The translations under genes and the position numbers were made by a program. A stretch of 64,000 nt of DNA, from positions 2,032-66,031 of the forward strand of contig JASJBE010000003.1 in NCBI GenBank assembly GCA_030066655.1, written 5' to 3'. The notes beneath the pieces were generated by a model that did not search any database, was not told where the DNA came from, and saw only the letters and a program-made list of their open reading frames with translations. This document shows positions 37,578 to 48,137 of the stretch, one piece after another (position 1 is the stretch's first letter; each line of letters opens with the position of its first letter). The stretch is from Woeseiaceae bacterium (GTDB lineage: Bacteria; Pseudomonadota; Gammaproteobacteria; Steroidobacterales; Woeseiaceae).

Positions 37578-38698
37578 CGCTCGCGCCCTACGCAGCCAAC
37601 GAGAGCACATCGCGTGGCCGGCGCCACCCTGAGTCGCCAGCCGCCTACCGGGGTGAGTACCAGCGGGACAGGGACAGAATCATTCACTCGACCGCGTTCC
37701 GGCGCCTGATCTACAAGACGCAGGTATTCGTCAATCACGAGGGCGACCTGTACCGGACACGCTTGACGCATTCCATCGAGGTCTCACAGATCGGCCGGTC
37801 CGTCGCGCTCGCGCTGAACCTTAGCGAGCCGCTGACGGAGGCGATCTGCCTGGCGCACGATCTCGGCCACACGCCCTTCGGTCACGCCGGCCAGGACACG
37901 CTGAATACCTGCATGCGGGAATACGGTGGCTTCGAGCACAATTTCCAGTCTCTGAGGGTCGTCGACGAGCTCGAGTCGAGATACGCCGACTTCCCCGGGC
38001 TGAACCTGATGTTCGAGACGCGGGAGGGCATCCTCAAACATTGCTCTGCGAAGAACGCGAGAACGATTGGCGAGCTGGGCGAACGCTTTCTCAAGCGACG
38101 GCAGCCGGGTCTCGAGGCCCAGATCGCCGACATCGCCGATGCGATCGCCTACAACAACCACGACATAGACGACGGGTACCGGGCGGGGCTGTTGACTCTG
38201 GATCAATTGAGCAGCCAGGCGCTGTTCGCGCGGCCGTTCAACGAGGTGCGCTCGCTGTATCCGGACCTCGAGGATCGCCGCCTGGTCTATGAAATCATTC
38301 GACGCATGATCGGCTTCGTCGTGACGGACCTGATCGAACACTCGGCGCGACTGATCGGTGGGCTTGACCTTCAGTCGATTGACGACGTCCGTGCAGCCGG
38401 CACGCCGCTGGTTCGTATGTCCGACGAGGTCGCCGAGCAGCACCTCGAGATGAAGCGCTTCCTGCACAAACACCTGTACAGCCACGAGAAGAAGATACAG
38501 ACAGAGCAGGACGCGCAGAGAATGCTCGAGACGCTGTTCGAAGCGTATATGAAAGACACGTCGGCGATGCCGCAGAAATTCGCCAACCAGGCCGCGAGCT
38601 CTGATGAACACGGCAGAGCCAGGGTAGTCGCCGACTACATAGCGGGCATGACCGACCGCTATGCGATGGCGGAGTACGAGAAGCTCGAGGGCGAATGA
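37574..38698 (+). CDS. dGTPase-like HD-domain triphosphohydrolase
   Basis: ATG 37574 overlaps the aroB stop (ATGA). Motifs [24 protein letters not shown] and [11 protein letters not shown] are present. Confidence 0.85.
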   Translation: MTLAPYAANESTSRGRRHPESPAAYRGEYQRDRDRIIHSTAFRRLIYKTQVFVNHEGDLYRTRLTHSIEVSQIGRSVALALNLSEPLTEAICLAHDLGHTPFGHAGQDTLNTCMREYGGFEHNFQSLRVVDELESRYADFPGLNLMFETREGILKHCSAKNARTIGELGERFLKRRQPGLEAQIADIADAIAYNNHDIDDGYRAGLLTLDQLSSQALFARPFNEVRSLYPDLEDRRLVYEIIRRMIGFVVTDLIEHSARLIGGLDLQSIDDVRAAGTPLVRMSDEVAEQHLEMKRFLHKHLYSHEKKIQTEQDAQRMLETLFEAYMKDTSAMPQKFANQAASSDEHGRARVVADYIAGMTDRYAMAEYEKLEGE

Positions 38699-38779
38699 CC
38701 GCCCCGAAGGCCGAATCCGGAACACTTGTTGCCGCTAACGGGTTAGAATCGCGCCGCTTCCGAGATTTAAGGACACCGA

Positions 38780-39493
38780 GTGAAATCGATAGACAACCGA
38801 GACCGGCTGATCTTCGCCATGGATGTGCCGGACTGCGACGAAGCGCGCAGGCTGACCGAGACGCTCGGCGATTCAGTGACGTTCTATAAGATCGGGCTCG
38901 AACTCATGATGAGCGGCGGCTACTTCGAGCTGCTCGACTGGATGCTCGAGCGCGACAAAAGAGTGTTCTGCGACCTCAAGTTCTTCGACATCCCGGCGAC
39001 CGTCGGCAAGGCCGTTCGGCAACTGAAAGACCGCGGCGCGAGCTTCGTTACCGTGCACGGCAACCAGTCCATCATGGAGGCGGCCGCTGAAAACAAGGGT
39101 GACAGCCTGAAGGTGCTGGGTGTCACGGTGCTGACCAGCCTCGACCGCGGCGACATGGACGATCTCGGTTTCGACTGCGACATAGAGGCGCTGGTCCTGT
39201 CCCGCGCGAGGCGGGCGCTCGAGGCGGGATGCGACGGCGTTATCTCTTCCGGACTGGAGGTCGCGAAACTGCGCGAGAATGTCGACGAGAAGCTGCTCGT
39301 CATCACGCCCGGCATACGACCGGTCGACAACAAGCCGGAGGGCGACCAGAAGCGCGTCGTCACCGTCGAGACCGCGTTTAGTAACGGCGCAGATTACATC
39401 GTCGTCGGCCGGCCGATCCGCGACGCGGCAGACCCGAGAGCGGCGGCCGAGGCTATCCAGGCCTCGATTGAATCCACGGTGAACTCACAATGA
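38780..39493 (+). CDS. pyrF: Orotidine 5'-phosphate decarboxylase
   Basis: [11 protein letters not shown] motif. GTG 38780 is preceded by AAGGA. Confidence 0.92.
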   Translation: MKSIDNRDRLIFAMDVPDCDEARRLTETLGDSVTFYKIGLELMMSGGYFELLDWMLERDKRVFCDLKFFDIPATVGKAVRQLKDRGASFVTVHGNQSIMEAAAENKGDSLKVLGVTVLTSLDRGDMDDLGFDCDIEALVLSRARRALEAGCDGVISSGLEVAKLRENVDEKLLVITPGIRPVDNKPEGDQKRVVTVETAFSNGADYIVVGRPIRDAADPRAAAEAIQASIESTVNSQ

Positions 39494-40560
39494 CGGAACT
39501 GAAGAACGATCTCTTTCTGCGCGCACTCAAGCGCCAACCGGTGCCGCGCACGCCGATGTGGATCATGCGCCAGGCCGGCCGCTACCTGCCGGAATACCGC
39601 GCGACCCGGTCAGAGGCCGGTGACTTCATGAGCCTGTGCCGCAATGCCGAGCTTGCCTGCGAGGTAACGCTGCAGCCGTTGCGTCGCTACCGCCTCGACG
39701 CGGCCATCCTGTTCTCCGACATCCTGACCGTGCCCGACGCGATGGGCCTCGGGCTCTATTTCGAAACGGGCGAGGGGCCGAAGTTCGAGCGGCCGCTGCA
39801 AACGGCAGCCGAGATCAGGCAGCTTAAACTCCCCGACGTTGCAGAGACGCTGGGCTACGTCTTCAACGCCGTATCGACGATCCGCCGCGAACTGAACGGT
39901 GACGTTCCGCTGATCGGTTTCGCGGGCAGCCCGTGGACCGTCGGCACGTACATGGTCGAGGGCGGCTCCAGCCGCGAGTTTCCTCGAATCAAAGGCCTGG
40001 CCAAGGAAGATCCTGCAACGCTGTCACTGTTGATGGACAAGATCGCCGAGACGACGACCGAGTACCTGAACGCCCAGATTGAGTCTGGCGCCCAGGCGGC
40101 GATGATCTTCGATACCTGGGGTGCGGCGCTCGAGCCTGACGACTATCGACGTTTCTCGCTTGCCAGCATGCAGAAGATCGTCGACGGCCTTATCCGCAGT
40201 CGTGAAGGTCGGGACGTGCCGGTCATCCTGTTCACGAAGGGGGCCGGTCCGCTGCTTGCCGACATGGTCGGCACCGGCTGTGATGCGCTTGGCGTCGACT
40301 GGACGACCGATCTCGCCGACGCGAGGCGTTACGTGCAAGACAAGGTTGCCCTGCAAGGCAACCTGGACCCGGCGACGTTGCGCGAGAGCCCGGAAGTAAT
40401 CAGGGAGGGCGTGGCGCGAGTCCTTGAGAGTTACGGCACCGGTCCCGGCCACGTATTCAACCTCGGTCACGGCATTACGCCGGACATCGATCCGGATCAT
40501 GTGTCCGTGCTGGTCGATGCCGTCCACGAGCTGAGTCCCCGCTACCACACCGGCGGCTGA
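39490..40560 (+). CDS. hemE: Uroporphyrinogen decarboxylase
   Basis: [12 protein letters not shown] motif. ATGA overlap with pyrF. Confidence 0.93.
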   Translation: MTELKNDLFLRALKRQPVPRTPMWIMRQAGRYLPEYRATRSEAGDFMSLCRNAELACEVTLQPLRRYRLDAAILFSDILTVPDAMGLGLYFETGEGPKFERPLQTAAEIRQLKLPDVAETLGYVFNAVSTIRRELNGDVPLIGFAGSPWTVGTYMVEGGSSREFPRIKGLAKEDPATLSLLMDKIAETTTEYLNAQIESGAQAAMIFDTWGAALEPDDYRRFSLASMQKIVDGLIRSREGRDVPVILFTKGAGPLLADMVGTGCDALGVDWTTDLADARRYVQDKVALQGNLDPATLRESPEVIREGVARVLESYGTGPGHVFNLGHGITPDIDPDHVSVLVDAVHELSPRYHTGG

Positions 40561-40603
40561 CCCAGGCGCCGCCTGGGCCGTCTCCTCCGGGGCTTGCGCC
40601 GAT

Positions 40604-42274
40604 TCAGTCGGTCACTTCGTCCCGCAGCTCGCGCCTCAGGATCTTGCCAACGTTCGTCTTCGGCAGGTCCTCACGAAACTCGACCTCGCGCGGCCGCTTG
40701 TAGTTGGTCAGGTTCTCGGCACAGTAGTCGAGCACGTCCTGCTCGGTGACGCCGTCGTGCTTGCGCACGGCGAATATTTTGACGTGCTCGCCGGATTTCG
40801 GGTTCGGCACGCCAATCGCCGCCGCCTCGAGGATGCCGTCTAGCTCGACAACGATGTTCTCCACTTCGTTCGGATACACGTTGAAGCCCGACACGAGGAT
40901 CATGTCCTTTTTGCGGTCCTCGATGAAGACGTAGCCGTCTTCGTCCATGCGGCCGACATCACCGGTCTTCAGCCAGCCGCCCGGCAGCATGGTCTTCTCT
41001 GTCTCTTCGGGTCGCTGCCAGTAGCCTTCCATGACCTGCGGTCCGCGAATGCAGATCTCGCCGATCTCCCCGACCGGCAGCGGGTTGCCGTCGTCGTCCG
41101 CGATGATGACGTCGGTGGACGTGATCGGGAGGCCGATCGACCCGGAGAATTCGGCCGTCGGCTTGTTGCAGATCGACGCCGGAGACGTCTCGGTCAGGCC
41201 GTAGCCCTGTACGACGTTGGAGCCGGTGACCGCTTTCCATTGCTCGGCGACGGCGGGTTGCACGGCCATGCCTCCGCCGACGACGACCTTGAGCTCCGAG
41301 AAGTCGAGTTGATCGAATCCTGGCGTGTTCAGCAGCGCCGCGAACAGCGTGTTGACGGCATTGAACAGGCCGAACTTGTAATGGCTGAGTTCCTTCACAA
41401 AAGCGGGGAAGTCGCGCGGGTTCGTGATCATGACATTGAGGAAGCCCTGCGAGATGCCGACGAGGCAATTACCCTGCAGCGAGAAGATGTGATAGAGCGG
41501 CAGCGCGCAGACGGCGACCACCTGGTCAGTGCCTCCAAAAACATTGCCCTGCCACGCTTCGGTCTGTGCGACGTTGTAGACGAGGTTGCGGTGGCTCAGC
41601 ATGGCGCCCTTCGAGACGCCGGTCGTACCGCCCGTGTACTGCAGGAACGCAATATCGGTCAGCTCGACGTCGACCTCCTGGAGCGTCTTGCCGGCGCCGC
41701 GTTTCAGTGCGTCGTTGAAGCTGATGGTCTTACCCAGCGTATGGGCCGGGACGACCTTCTTGACGTGCTTCAGCACGAAGTTGACGATCGCGCCCTTCGG
41801 GAACTTTAGCAGGTCGCCGACGTTGGTCAGGATGACGTTTTCGACGTCGGTGTCGTCGACGACATCGGCCAGCGTGTGTCCGAAGTTTTCGAGAATGACG
41901 ATCGCCTTCGACCCGGAGTCTTTGAGCTGGTGCTTTAGCTCGCGAGCGGTGTACAGCGGATTAACGTTGACGGCGATGAGGCCGGCCCGCAGGATCCCGC
42001 ACATTGCGACCGGGTACTGCAGCACGTTCGGCAGCATGATCGCGACCCGGTCGCCCTTCTTCAGCCCGAGGTCCTGCTGCAGGAAGGCCGCGAACTGCAG
42101 CGACAGCCGGTCCAGGTCGGCGAACCTCAGAGTCGTTCCCATGTTTGTGAACGCGTCGCGGCCTGCGAACACCTCGAAGCTGTGCTCGATCATCTGCTTC
42201 AGCGACTTGAAACGTGGCGTCTCGACCGTGGCCGGAATGCCCGGGTCGTAAGACTTGAGCCAGATTTTTTCCAT
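40604..42274 (-). CDS. fadD: Long-chain fatty acid-CoA ligase
   Basis: AMP-binding motif YTGGTTGVSKGA plus GYGLTE, TGD and the C-terminal KILRRELR. I prefer ATG 42274 (MEKIWLKSY). Confidence 0.88.
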   Translation of the reverse strand: MEKIWLKSYDPGIPATVETPRFKSLKQMIEHSFEVFAGRDAFTNMGTTLRFADLDRLSLQFAAFLQQDLGLKKGDRVAIMLPNVLQYPVAMCGILRAGLIAVNVNPLYTARELKHQLKDSGSKAIVILENFGHTLADVVDDTDVENVILTNVGDLLKFPKGAIVNFVLKHVKKVVPAHTLGKTISFNDALKRGAGKTLQEVDVELTDIAFLQYTGGTTGVSKGAMLSHRNLVYNVAQTEAWQGNVFGGTDQVVAVCALPLYHIFSLQGNCLVGISQGFLNVMITNPRDFPAFVKELSHYKFGLFNAVNTLFAALLNTPGFDQLDFSELKVVVGGGMAVQPAVAEQWKAVTGSNVVQGYGLTETSPASICNKPTAEFSGSIGLPITSTDVIIADDDGNPLPVGEIGEICIRGPQVMEGYWQRPEETEKTMLPGGWLKTGDVGRMDEDGYVFIEDRKKDMILVSGFNVYPNEVENIVVELDGILEAAAIGVPNPKSGEHVKIFAVRKHDGVTEQDVLDYCAENLTNYKRPREVEFREDLPKTNVGKILRRELRDEVTD

Positions 42275-42329
42275 CCTAATCCCCCCTGACGCCGACGGGA
42301 CGGCCGCCGGCATTCGTACTAGTGTGCAG

Positions 42330-42971
42330 TTACTCTATGGCGATCGTTGCGGGCGACCGTTGCAGCGCCTCCTTGATGACAGGCCAGGCATTGTCGAGAA
42401 GGACCGGCTGCGCCTTCGCATTCGGGTGAATACCGTCGGGCAGCATCAGATCCTCGTCGAGAGCGACGCCATCCATAAAGAAGTCTATCCACGGCAGATC
42501 GTATTCGTTTGCCAGGTCTTCGAACACGGCCTCGAACGCCCGCGTGTACCGGGGGCCGTAATTCGGCGGAATGCGAATGCCTAAGAGCGCGACATTGGCC
42601 CCGGCGGCCTTGCTTTTCGTGATCATCGTCTCCAGATTGTTTTTCATCCGGGAGGGCGGAAAGCCGCGTAGCCCGTCATTGCCGCCCAGCTCGAGCACGA
42701 CCACCGACGGCGAAAAGCGCTCGATCGCGTCATCGATGCGTTCGACACCGCCCTCTGTCGTCTCGCCGCTGATGCTGGCGTTGACGACCTGATGTTCGTA
42801 CCCTTGGGTCTCGAGCCGCTGCTGCAACAATTCAGCCCAGGACTGGTCAACGTCAATACCGTAGCCTGCGCTCAGGCTGTCCCCGAGAATCAGGATGACC
42901 GGGTTCTTCGCGGTACTGGCACTGGCGCTGACAGCAAACAGCAAGATAAAAAGGATTAGTGTCTTTCTCAT
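42330..42971 (-). CDS. tesA: SGNH/GDSL arylesterase / acyl-CoA thioesterase I
   Basis: Signal peptide, GDSLSAGYG, GGNDGLRG and DGIHPN blocks. It is divergent from ybbA-ybbP, as in E. coli. Confidence 0.88.
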   Translation of the reverse strand: MRKTLILFILLFAVSASASTAKNPVILILGDSLSAGYGIDVDQSWAELLQQRLETQGYEHQVVNASISGETTEGGVERIDDAIERFSPSVVVLELGGNDGLRGFPPSRMKNNLETMITKSKAAGANVALLGIRIPPNYGPRYTRAFEAVFEDLANEYDLPWIDFFMDGVALDEDLMLPDGIHPNAKAQPVLLDNAWPVIKEALQRSPATIAIE

Positions 42972-43680
42972 GTCGAATCAGTCAATGGTTGGCGGCGACG
43001 TGCTCTCAGCGCACGAAGTCAGCAAAGAGGTTAGCAGTCCGGAAGGTACTCTGACCATCCTGTCGGACGTCAGTTTCGCAATTTCGAGCGGCGAGTCCGT
43101 CGCGATTGTCGGCCCGTCGGGCGCGGGCAAGTCGACCCTGCTCGCGCTGCTGGCCGGACTCGACCTGCCGACCCGGGGTTATGTCGAGCTGAACGGCGCG
43201 AACCTGTCAGATCTCGATGAAGACGGTCGGGCGAAGGTCCGGGCGGACAGCGTCGGTTTCGTGTTCCAGTCCTTTCACCTCGTGCCGTCGCTGACGGCGC
43301 TCGAGAACGTGATGCTGCCCTTAGAGCTTGCCGGCGAGACCGATGCCAAGGGCAAGTCGCGGGGAATCATCGAGCAGGTCGGTCTCGGCGAGCGTTGGAG
43401 CCACTACCCGGCACAGCTGTCCGGCGGTGAGAAGCAGCGCGTTGCCCTCGCTCGAGCGTTCTCGACAGAGCCGGCAGTGCTGTTTGCCGATGAGCCGACC
43501 GGGAACCTGGACAGCCGTACCGGCGAGACGATCATGAACCTGATGTTCGAGCTCAACAAGACCTCATCCACGACGCTGATCCTCGTCACGCACGATAGTG
43601 CGCTGGCGAACCGCTGCGATCGGGTGATCGCGCTCGATTCGGGCAAGCTTGCCAGCGACACGCGGGCCGCCGCGGCATGA
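42970..43680 (+). CDS. ybbA: ABC transporter ATP-binding protein YbbA
   Basis: Walker A GPSGAGKST, signature LSGGEKQRVALARA and Walker B LFADEPTGNLD. The start is uncertain (ATG 42970 or 42985). Confidence 0.88.
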   Translation: MSNQSMVGGDVLSAHEVSKEVSSPEGTLTILSDVSFAISSGESVAIVGPSGAGKSTLLALLAGLDLPTRGYVELNGANLSDLDEDGRAKVRADSVGFVFQSFHLVPSLTALENVMLPLELAGETDAKGKSRGIIEQVGLGERWSHYPAQLSGGEKQRVALARAFSTEPAVLFADEPTGNLDSRTGETIMNLMFELNKTSSTTLILVTHDSALANRCDRVIALDSGKLASDTRAAAA

Positions 43681-46172
43681 GAGCGCTGAGCTTCTCGCTT
43701 AGGAGCTTCGGACGGGAGCTGCGGTCCGGCGAGGTCCTCGTCCTCCTTTCGGCCGTCATCCTCGCCGTCGGCGCACTGACGGCGGTCGGGTTCCTGACCG
43801 ACCGAATCAGCAAGGCCGTCACGCGACAGGCTAACGAGGTACTGGCCGCGGACCTGCGGCTTCGCTCGCAGGAGCCGATCCCGGCAAGCTATGAACAGAG
43901 CGCCATCGACCTCGGCCTGGACACGGCGCGCATGGTGTCCTTTCCGTCGGTCGTGTTCGCCGGCGACTCAAGCGCGCTGTCGACCGTCATCGGCGTGTCC
44001 GACGGCTACCCGCTGCGCGGTGAGGTGCGACTGGCCGACGACCTGTTCGGCGAGGAGCGAGTCGCGGCCGGCGCGACGCCGCGCGGCGAAGTCTGGGTCG
44101 ACTCCGGCTTGTTGGCGCGCGTCGGCGCGAACGTCGGCGACACGCTGGGCGTCGGTGAGCTCGACCTGACGATCAGCGCGATCGTCAGCTACAGGCCCGA
44201 CCAATCGATCGGTTTCGCGTCGCTGGCGCCGACCCTGCTACTGAATATCGACGACATGGACGCTACCGGGCTGATCGGCGAGGGCAGCCGGGTCCGCTAC
44301 TCGCTGCTGGTGGCCGGTCAGGACGAGTCGGTAGGCGCTTTCCGTGAGGCCATCAACCAGGACGGACTGCCTGACGCGCTGCGTGTGCGTACGCAGGAGG
44401 AGAGTAGCGAGAGTGCGTTCCGCGCCGCGGATCGTGCCAAGCGCTTCCTGTCGCTGACCGCGGTCATCAGCCTGCTGTTGAGCGCCGTCGCTGTCGCCAT
44501 GTCGGCGCGACGATTCGCGCATCGGCGCCTCGATACCGTCGCATTAATGAAGAGTCTCGGCGCTACCCAGCAATTTGTTATTGCTGTGTCGCTGATCCAG
44601 CTAACGCTCCTGGGCCTGATCGGCGTCGCACTAGGCAGCGTCGTCGGTTTTGCAGCCGAGGCGGGGCTGTCGGTCATACTCGCTGACGTCATTGCGGCGG
44701 ACCTGCCGGACCCGGGGCTCACGCCCGTGTTGCTGGCGAGCGGCAGCGCGTTTGTCCTGCTGATCGGGTTCGCGTTGCCGTCGCTGTTGCAGCTCAGGAA
44801 TACGCCGCCGCTTCGCGTATTGCGGCATGACGCGATGCCGCCGGCGCCGTCCCGTATTCTCATGGTCTCGCTGTCACTCGCGGCCGTTGCCGCGCTGCTG
44901 TACCGCTCCGTCGGCGACCCTCGCATGTTGCTGTTCCTGCTGACCGGCATCGTCATCATCGCCGCCGCACTGTACGGCGTGGGCCGCGGCCTGGTCGCCG
45001 CGATGGGCCGGTTCCGATCGGGCGTTGGCGTCGCGTGGCGCTATGGCCTTGCAAACGTGGCGCGACGCGGACGCGCAAGCGCGGTGCAGGTCGTCGCCTT
45101 TGGCCTCGGCCTGACGGTATTGCTGCTACTGACGCTGGTTCGAACAGACCTCTTAGGTGACTGGCAGCGCACGCTCGACGAGAGTGCGCCGAACCATTTC
45201 ATGATCAATATCCAGCGTAGCGAGACCGACTCGGTGCGAGAGATCTTCACGAGCCAGGGCCTAAAGGCCCCCGACCTGTCGCCGCTGGTGCGCGCGCGCA
45301 TGACGACCATCAATGATACGCCGGTCAAGGAATACGAGTCGCCGAACCCGCGGGAGCGCTGGTTCCTCGAGCGTGAACAGAACCTGTCCTGGGCTGCAAC
45401 GCTCGACGACAGCAACGAGTTGCTCGACGGTGAGTGGTGGCCGGCCGATTACGACGGTCCACCACTGGTATCAATCGAGGAAGAGGCTGCGATGGAAAAC
45501 GGCCTCGCCATTGGCGATCGGCTGGCGTTCGAGGTGGCCGGCCAGGTCATCGAGGCCGAGATCGTCAGCGTGCGTCGCATCAACTGGGATTCTTTCAAAC
45601 CGAATTTCTTCCTCGTGTTCTCGCCCGGCGCACTCGACAACTACCCTGCGACCTTCATCGGCAGCATGCGCGTCGCGGAGCAGGACAACCCTGTGTTGGT
45701 CGATCTCGTGCGCAAGCACCCGAGCATCTCGGTCATCGATCTCGACTCCATCCTGCAGCAGGTGCGCGGCATCATCGAGAAAGCCAGTCTCGCCGTGCAG
45801 GCCGTGTTCTTCTTTACGCTGGCGGCCGGCATCGCGGTGCTGTTCGCCGCGGTCCAGTCGACGATCGACGAGCGTCGCTTCGAGAGCGCCATGCTCAGGG
45901 CGCTCGGTGCCCGCAAACGCATCGTCTTCTCCGGCGTTATGGCCGAGTTCGCCGCGCTGGGAACGGCGGCGGGCGTCCTCGCCTCGGCGGGCGCTTCGGC
46001 GCTGGCCGCCGTGCTGGCCGTGCAACTTTTCGAGCTGCCGTACTCGTTCAACCCGCTGCTGTGGGTCGTCGGCGTCAGCGCGGGCCTGGTCATCGTCTGC
46101 GCGAGCGGCTACTTCGCCGCCAGGAGCGCGATCAACTCGGCGCCGGTCGACGTGCTGCGCGGCGCTGGTTAG
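43677..46172 (+). CDS. ybbP: ABC transporter permease YbbP (duplicated FtsX-like domains)
   Basis: 831-aa polytopic protein with two FtsX-type TM bundles. ATGA overlap with ybbA. Confidence 0.85.
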   Translation: MRALSFSLRSFGRELRSGEVLVLLSAVILAVGALTAVGFLTDRISKAVTRQANEVLAADLRLRSQEPIPASYEQSAIDLGLDTARMVSFPSVVFAGDSSALSTVIGVSDGYPLRGEVRLADDLFGEERVAAGATPRGEVWVDSGLLARVGANVGDTLGVGELDLTISAIVSYRPDQSIGFASLAPTLLLNIDDMDATGLIGEGSRVRYSLLVAGQDESVGAFREAINQDGLPDALRVRTQEESSESAFRAADRAKRFLSLTAVISLLLSAVAVAMSARRFAHRRLDTVALMKSLGATQQFVIAVSLIQLTLLGLIGVALGSVVGFAAEAGLSVILADVIAADLPDPGLTPVLLASGSAFVLLIGFALPSLLQLRNTPPLRVLRHDAMPPAPSRILMVSLSLAAVAALLYRSVGDPRMLLFLLTGIVIIAAALYGVGRGLVAAMGRFRSGVGVAWRYGLANVARRGRASAVQVVAFGLGLTVLLLLTLVRTDLLGDWQRTLDESAPNHFMINIQRSETDSVREIFTSQGLKAPDLSPLVRARMTTINDTPVKEYESPNPRERWFLEREQNLSWAATLDDSNELLDGEWWPADYDGPPLVSIEEEAAMENGLAIGDRLAFEVAGQVIEAEIVSVRRINWDSFKPNFFLVFSPGALDNYPATFIGSMRVAEQDNPVLVDLVRKHPSISVIDLDSILQQVRGIIEKASLAVQAVFFFTLAAGIAVLFAAVQSTIDERRFESAMLRALGARKRIVFSGVMAEFAALGTAAGVLASAGASALAAVLAVQLFELPYSFNPLLWVVGVSAGLVIVCASGYFAARSAINSAPVDVLRGAG

Positions 46173-46175
46173 CCA

Positions 46176-46589
46176 ATGTCGGAGAAGCTGTCCTGCGGAA
46201 TCGTACTGGCTCGCTACGAAGCCGGCCACTGCCTGACGCTGCTACTGCGCGCTTACCAGTACTGGGACTTTCCAAAGGGTTTCAGCGAGGCGGGAGAGAC
46301 ACCCATCGAGACCGCCGTCCGCGAACTGCACGAGGAGACCGGTATCGACGAGGCGAATTTCGACTGGGGCGAGCGCTTCATGGAGACCGGTCCCTACAGC
46401 CGCGGCAAGGTCGCGCGATACTACATCGCGAGCACGAGCCAGGCCGATGTCGTCATCGGTCCGTCGCCGGACACCGGCGAGCCGGAGCACCATGAGTGGC
46501 GATGGGTCAGCTTCGACGAGGCCTACGACATCACCGCGCCGAGAGTCAGGGAAGTCGTTCGCTGGTCGAGGCAGGTCATCGGCGTCTGA
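46176..46589 (+). CDS. NUDIX hydrolase
   Basis: Nudix box GFSEAGETPIETAVRELHEETGI. Confidence 0.85.
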   Translation: MSEKLSCGIVLARYEAGHCLTLLLRAYQYWDFPKGFSEAGETPIETAVRELHEETGIDEANFDWGERFMETGPYSRGKVARYYIASTSQADVVIGPSPDTGEPEHHEWRWVSFDEAYDITAPRVREVVRWSRQVIGV

Positions 46590-46615
46590 TCTGCCGCCGG
46601 GACTAACGGTGTTTT

Positions 46616-47569
46616 TCAGACGACGCGGTTCCGGCTCTCGCCGGCAAGAAACGCGCGGGTATTGAGCGCGAGTTCCGTGATCGCATTCTGGCGCGCCTCG
46701 CGCGTCGCCCACGCGATATGCGGCGTGACGATCAGGTTATCGCCGGCGTAATCCAGCAGCGGATCTCCGTTGACCGGGGGCTCCTCGGGCAACACGTCGA
46801 TCGCCGCGCCGGCGATGTCACCTGCTTTGAGCGCTTCGGCGAGCGCCTGCGTGTCGATCAGCGCCCCACGAGCCGTGTTGATCAGGAAGGCGTCCGCTTT
46901 CATGGTGTCGAGCGCCTTGCGGTCGATGATCCCGCGGGTATCGTCGTTTAGCGGACAATGCAGCGAGATCACGTCTGATTCTCTTAGCACCGTCTCAAGC
47001 GGCACCCGATCCGTAAGCACGCCCGTGCTGCCCGGACGCGCAGCGACTATCGTCTTCATACCGAACGCCCCGGCGGCCGTAGCGACCCCCCGTCCCAGCT
47101 CGCCAAAGCCTACGATCCCGAGCGTCATATCGGTCAGCTGGCGCAGCGGCCACGACAGCGGGCAGAAGTCGTCCGATGCCTGCCAGCCGCCGGCGCGCGT
47201 AAACGCGGCATAATTGCCGAGATTGTGGGTCAGCATCAGCAGCGTGCCCATCACGTGCTCGACAACGGATTGGGTGCAGTACGCGCGGATGTTGCTGACG
47301 ACCACGCCCGCAGCCTTCGCGCCGTCCAAGTCGATGTTGTCCGTGCCGGTCGCGGTCAGGCCGATGAAGCCGAGCTCGGGCGCAGCGTTCAGCAACTCGT
47401 CGGTGAAGCGGATCTTGTTCGTGAAGACCAGGCGACTGCCGGCGATTCTCTCTGCGACCTGGTCGCTTTCCGTGACATCGTATACGTCGAATTCGTCGAC
47501 CAGCGCTGACAACGGAGACAGGTCGAGGTCGGGCCCCATCGTGGCGTAATCGAGAAAAACGGCTTTCAT
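46616..47569 (-). CDS. D-2-hydroxyacid dehydrogenase (glycerate dehydrogenase-like)
   Basis: NAD-binding motif GIVGFGELGRGVA and the C-terminal HIAWATRE. I prefer ATG 47569 (MKAVFLDY). Confidence 0.85.
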   Translation of the reverse strand: MKAVFLDYATMGPDLDLSPLSALVDEFDVYDVTESDQVAERIAGSRLVFTNKIRFTDELLNAAPELGFIGLTATGTDNIDLDGAKAAGVVVSNIRAYCTQSVVEHVMGTLLMLTHNLGNYAAFTRAGGWQASDDFCPLSWPLRQLTDMTLGIVGFGELGRGVATAAGAFGMKTIVAARPGSTGVLTDRVPLETVLRESDVISLHCPLNDDTRGIIDRKALDTMKADAFLINTARGALIDTQALAEALKAGDIAGAAIDVLPEEPPVNGDPLLDYAGDNLIVTPHIAWATREARQNAITELALNTRAFLAGESRNRVV

Positions 47570-47693
47570 GCGCTGACCAGTGACGGTAGATTGGCCGACG
47601 ATGAAGCAAACATCGGGCGGAAGCAATTGCCGGCCCGGCGTTTTTGAGACCGCGGTCCTAAAGTTTTGGCGAATTCACGCGATCTAACTCTTG

Positions 47694-48128
47694 ATGTCTG
47701 AACCTTTCTGGAAAACGAAGACGCTCGACGAGATGTCCGACGCCGAGTGGGAGTCGCTCTGTGACGGCTGCGGCTTGTGCTGCATGCACAAAGTCGAAGA
47801 AGAGACGACGGGCGACATCTACTATACGAACCTCGCGTGCCGGCTCTTCGACCTGAAGACCTGCCAATGTTCGGATTACGCGAATCGCACGAAGCAGGTT
47901 CCCGACTGCATGTCGCTTCGTCAGAACAAGTACAAGGACTTCAACTGGCTGCCGGGCAGCTGCGCCTATCGGCGCCTGTCGAACGGGCAGGACCTGCTGG
48001 ACTGGCACCCGCTGGTTAGCGGCGATCCGAACACCGTGCACGAGGCGGACATTTCCGTGCTTGGCAAGGTGCTGTCCGAAAAAGACACCAACGAATGGAC
48101 GGTCGCACAAAAGCTCGACGAGCCTTAA
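47694..48128 (+). CDS. ycgN: YcgN family cysteine-cluster protein (UPF0260)
   Basis: CDGCGLCC...CRLFD..TCQCSDY pattern. ATG 47694 follows the TTG at 47691. Confidence 0.85.
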   Translation: MSEPFWKTKTLDEMSDAEWESLCDGCGLCCMHKVEEETTGDIYYTNLACRLFDLKTCQCSDYANRTKQVPDCMSLRQNKYKDFNWLPGSCAYRRLSNGQDLLDWHPLVSGDPNTVHEADISVLGKVLSEKDTNEWTVAQKLDEP

Positions 48129-48137
48129 GCCCTCTCG

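Noticed and set aside
45313-46495. Overlapping alternative-frame ORFs 45313..46236 and 45434..46495, spanning the ybbP 3' end and the NUDIX gene
   Set aside because: They are Arg/Ser/Pro-rich shadow frames. The ybbP frame has FtsX-like TM topology and the 46176 frame has a clean Nudix box.
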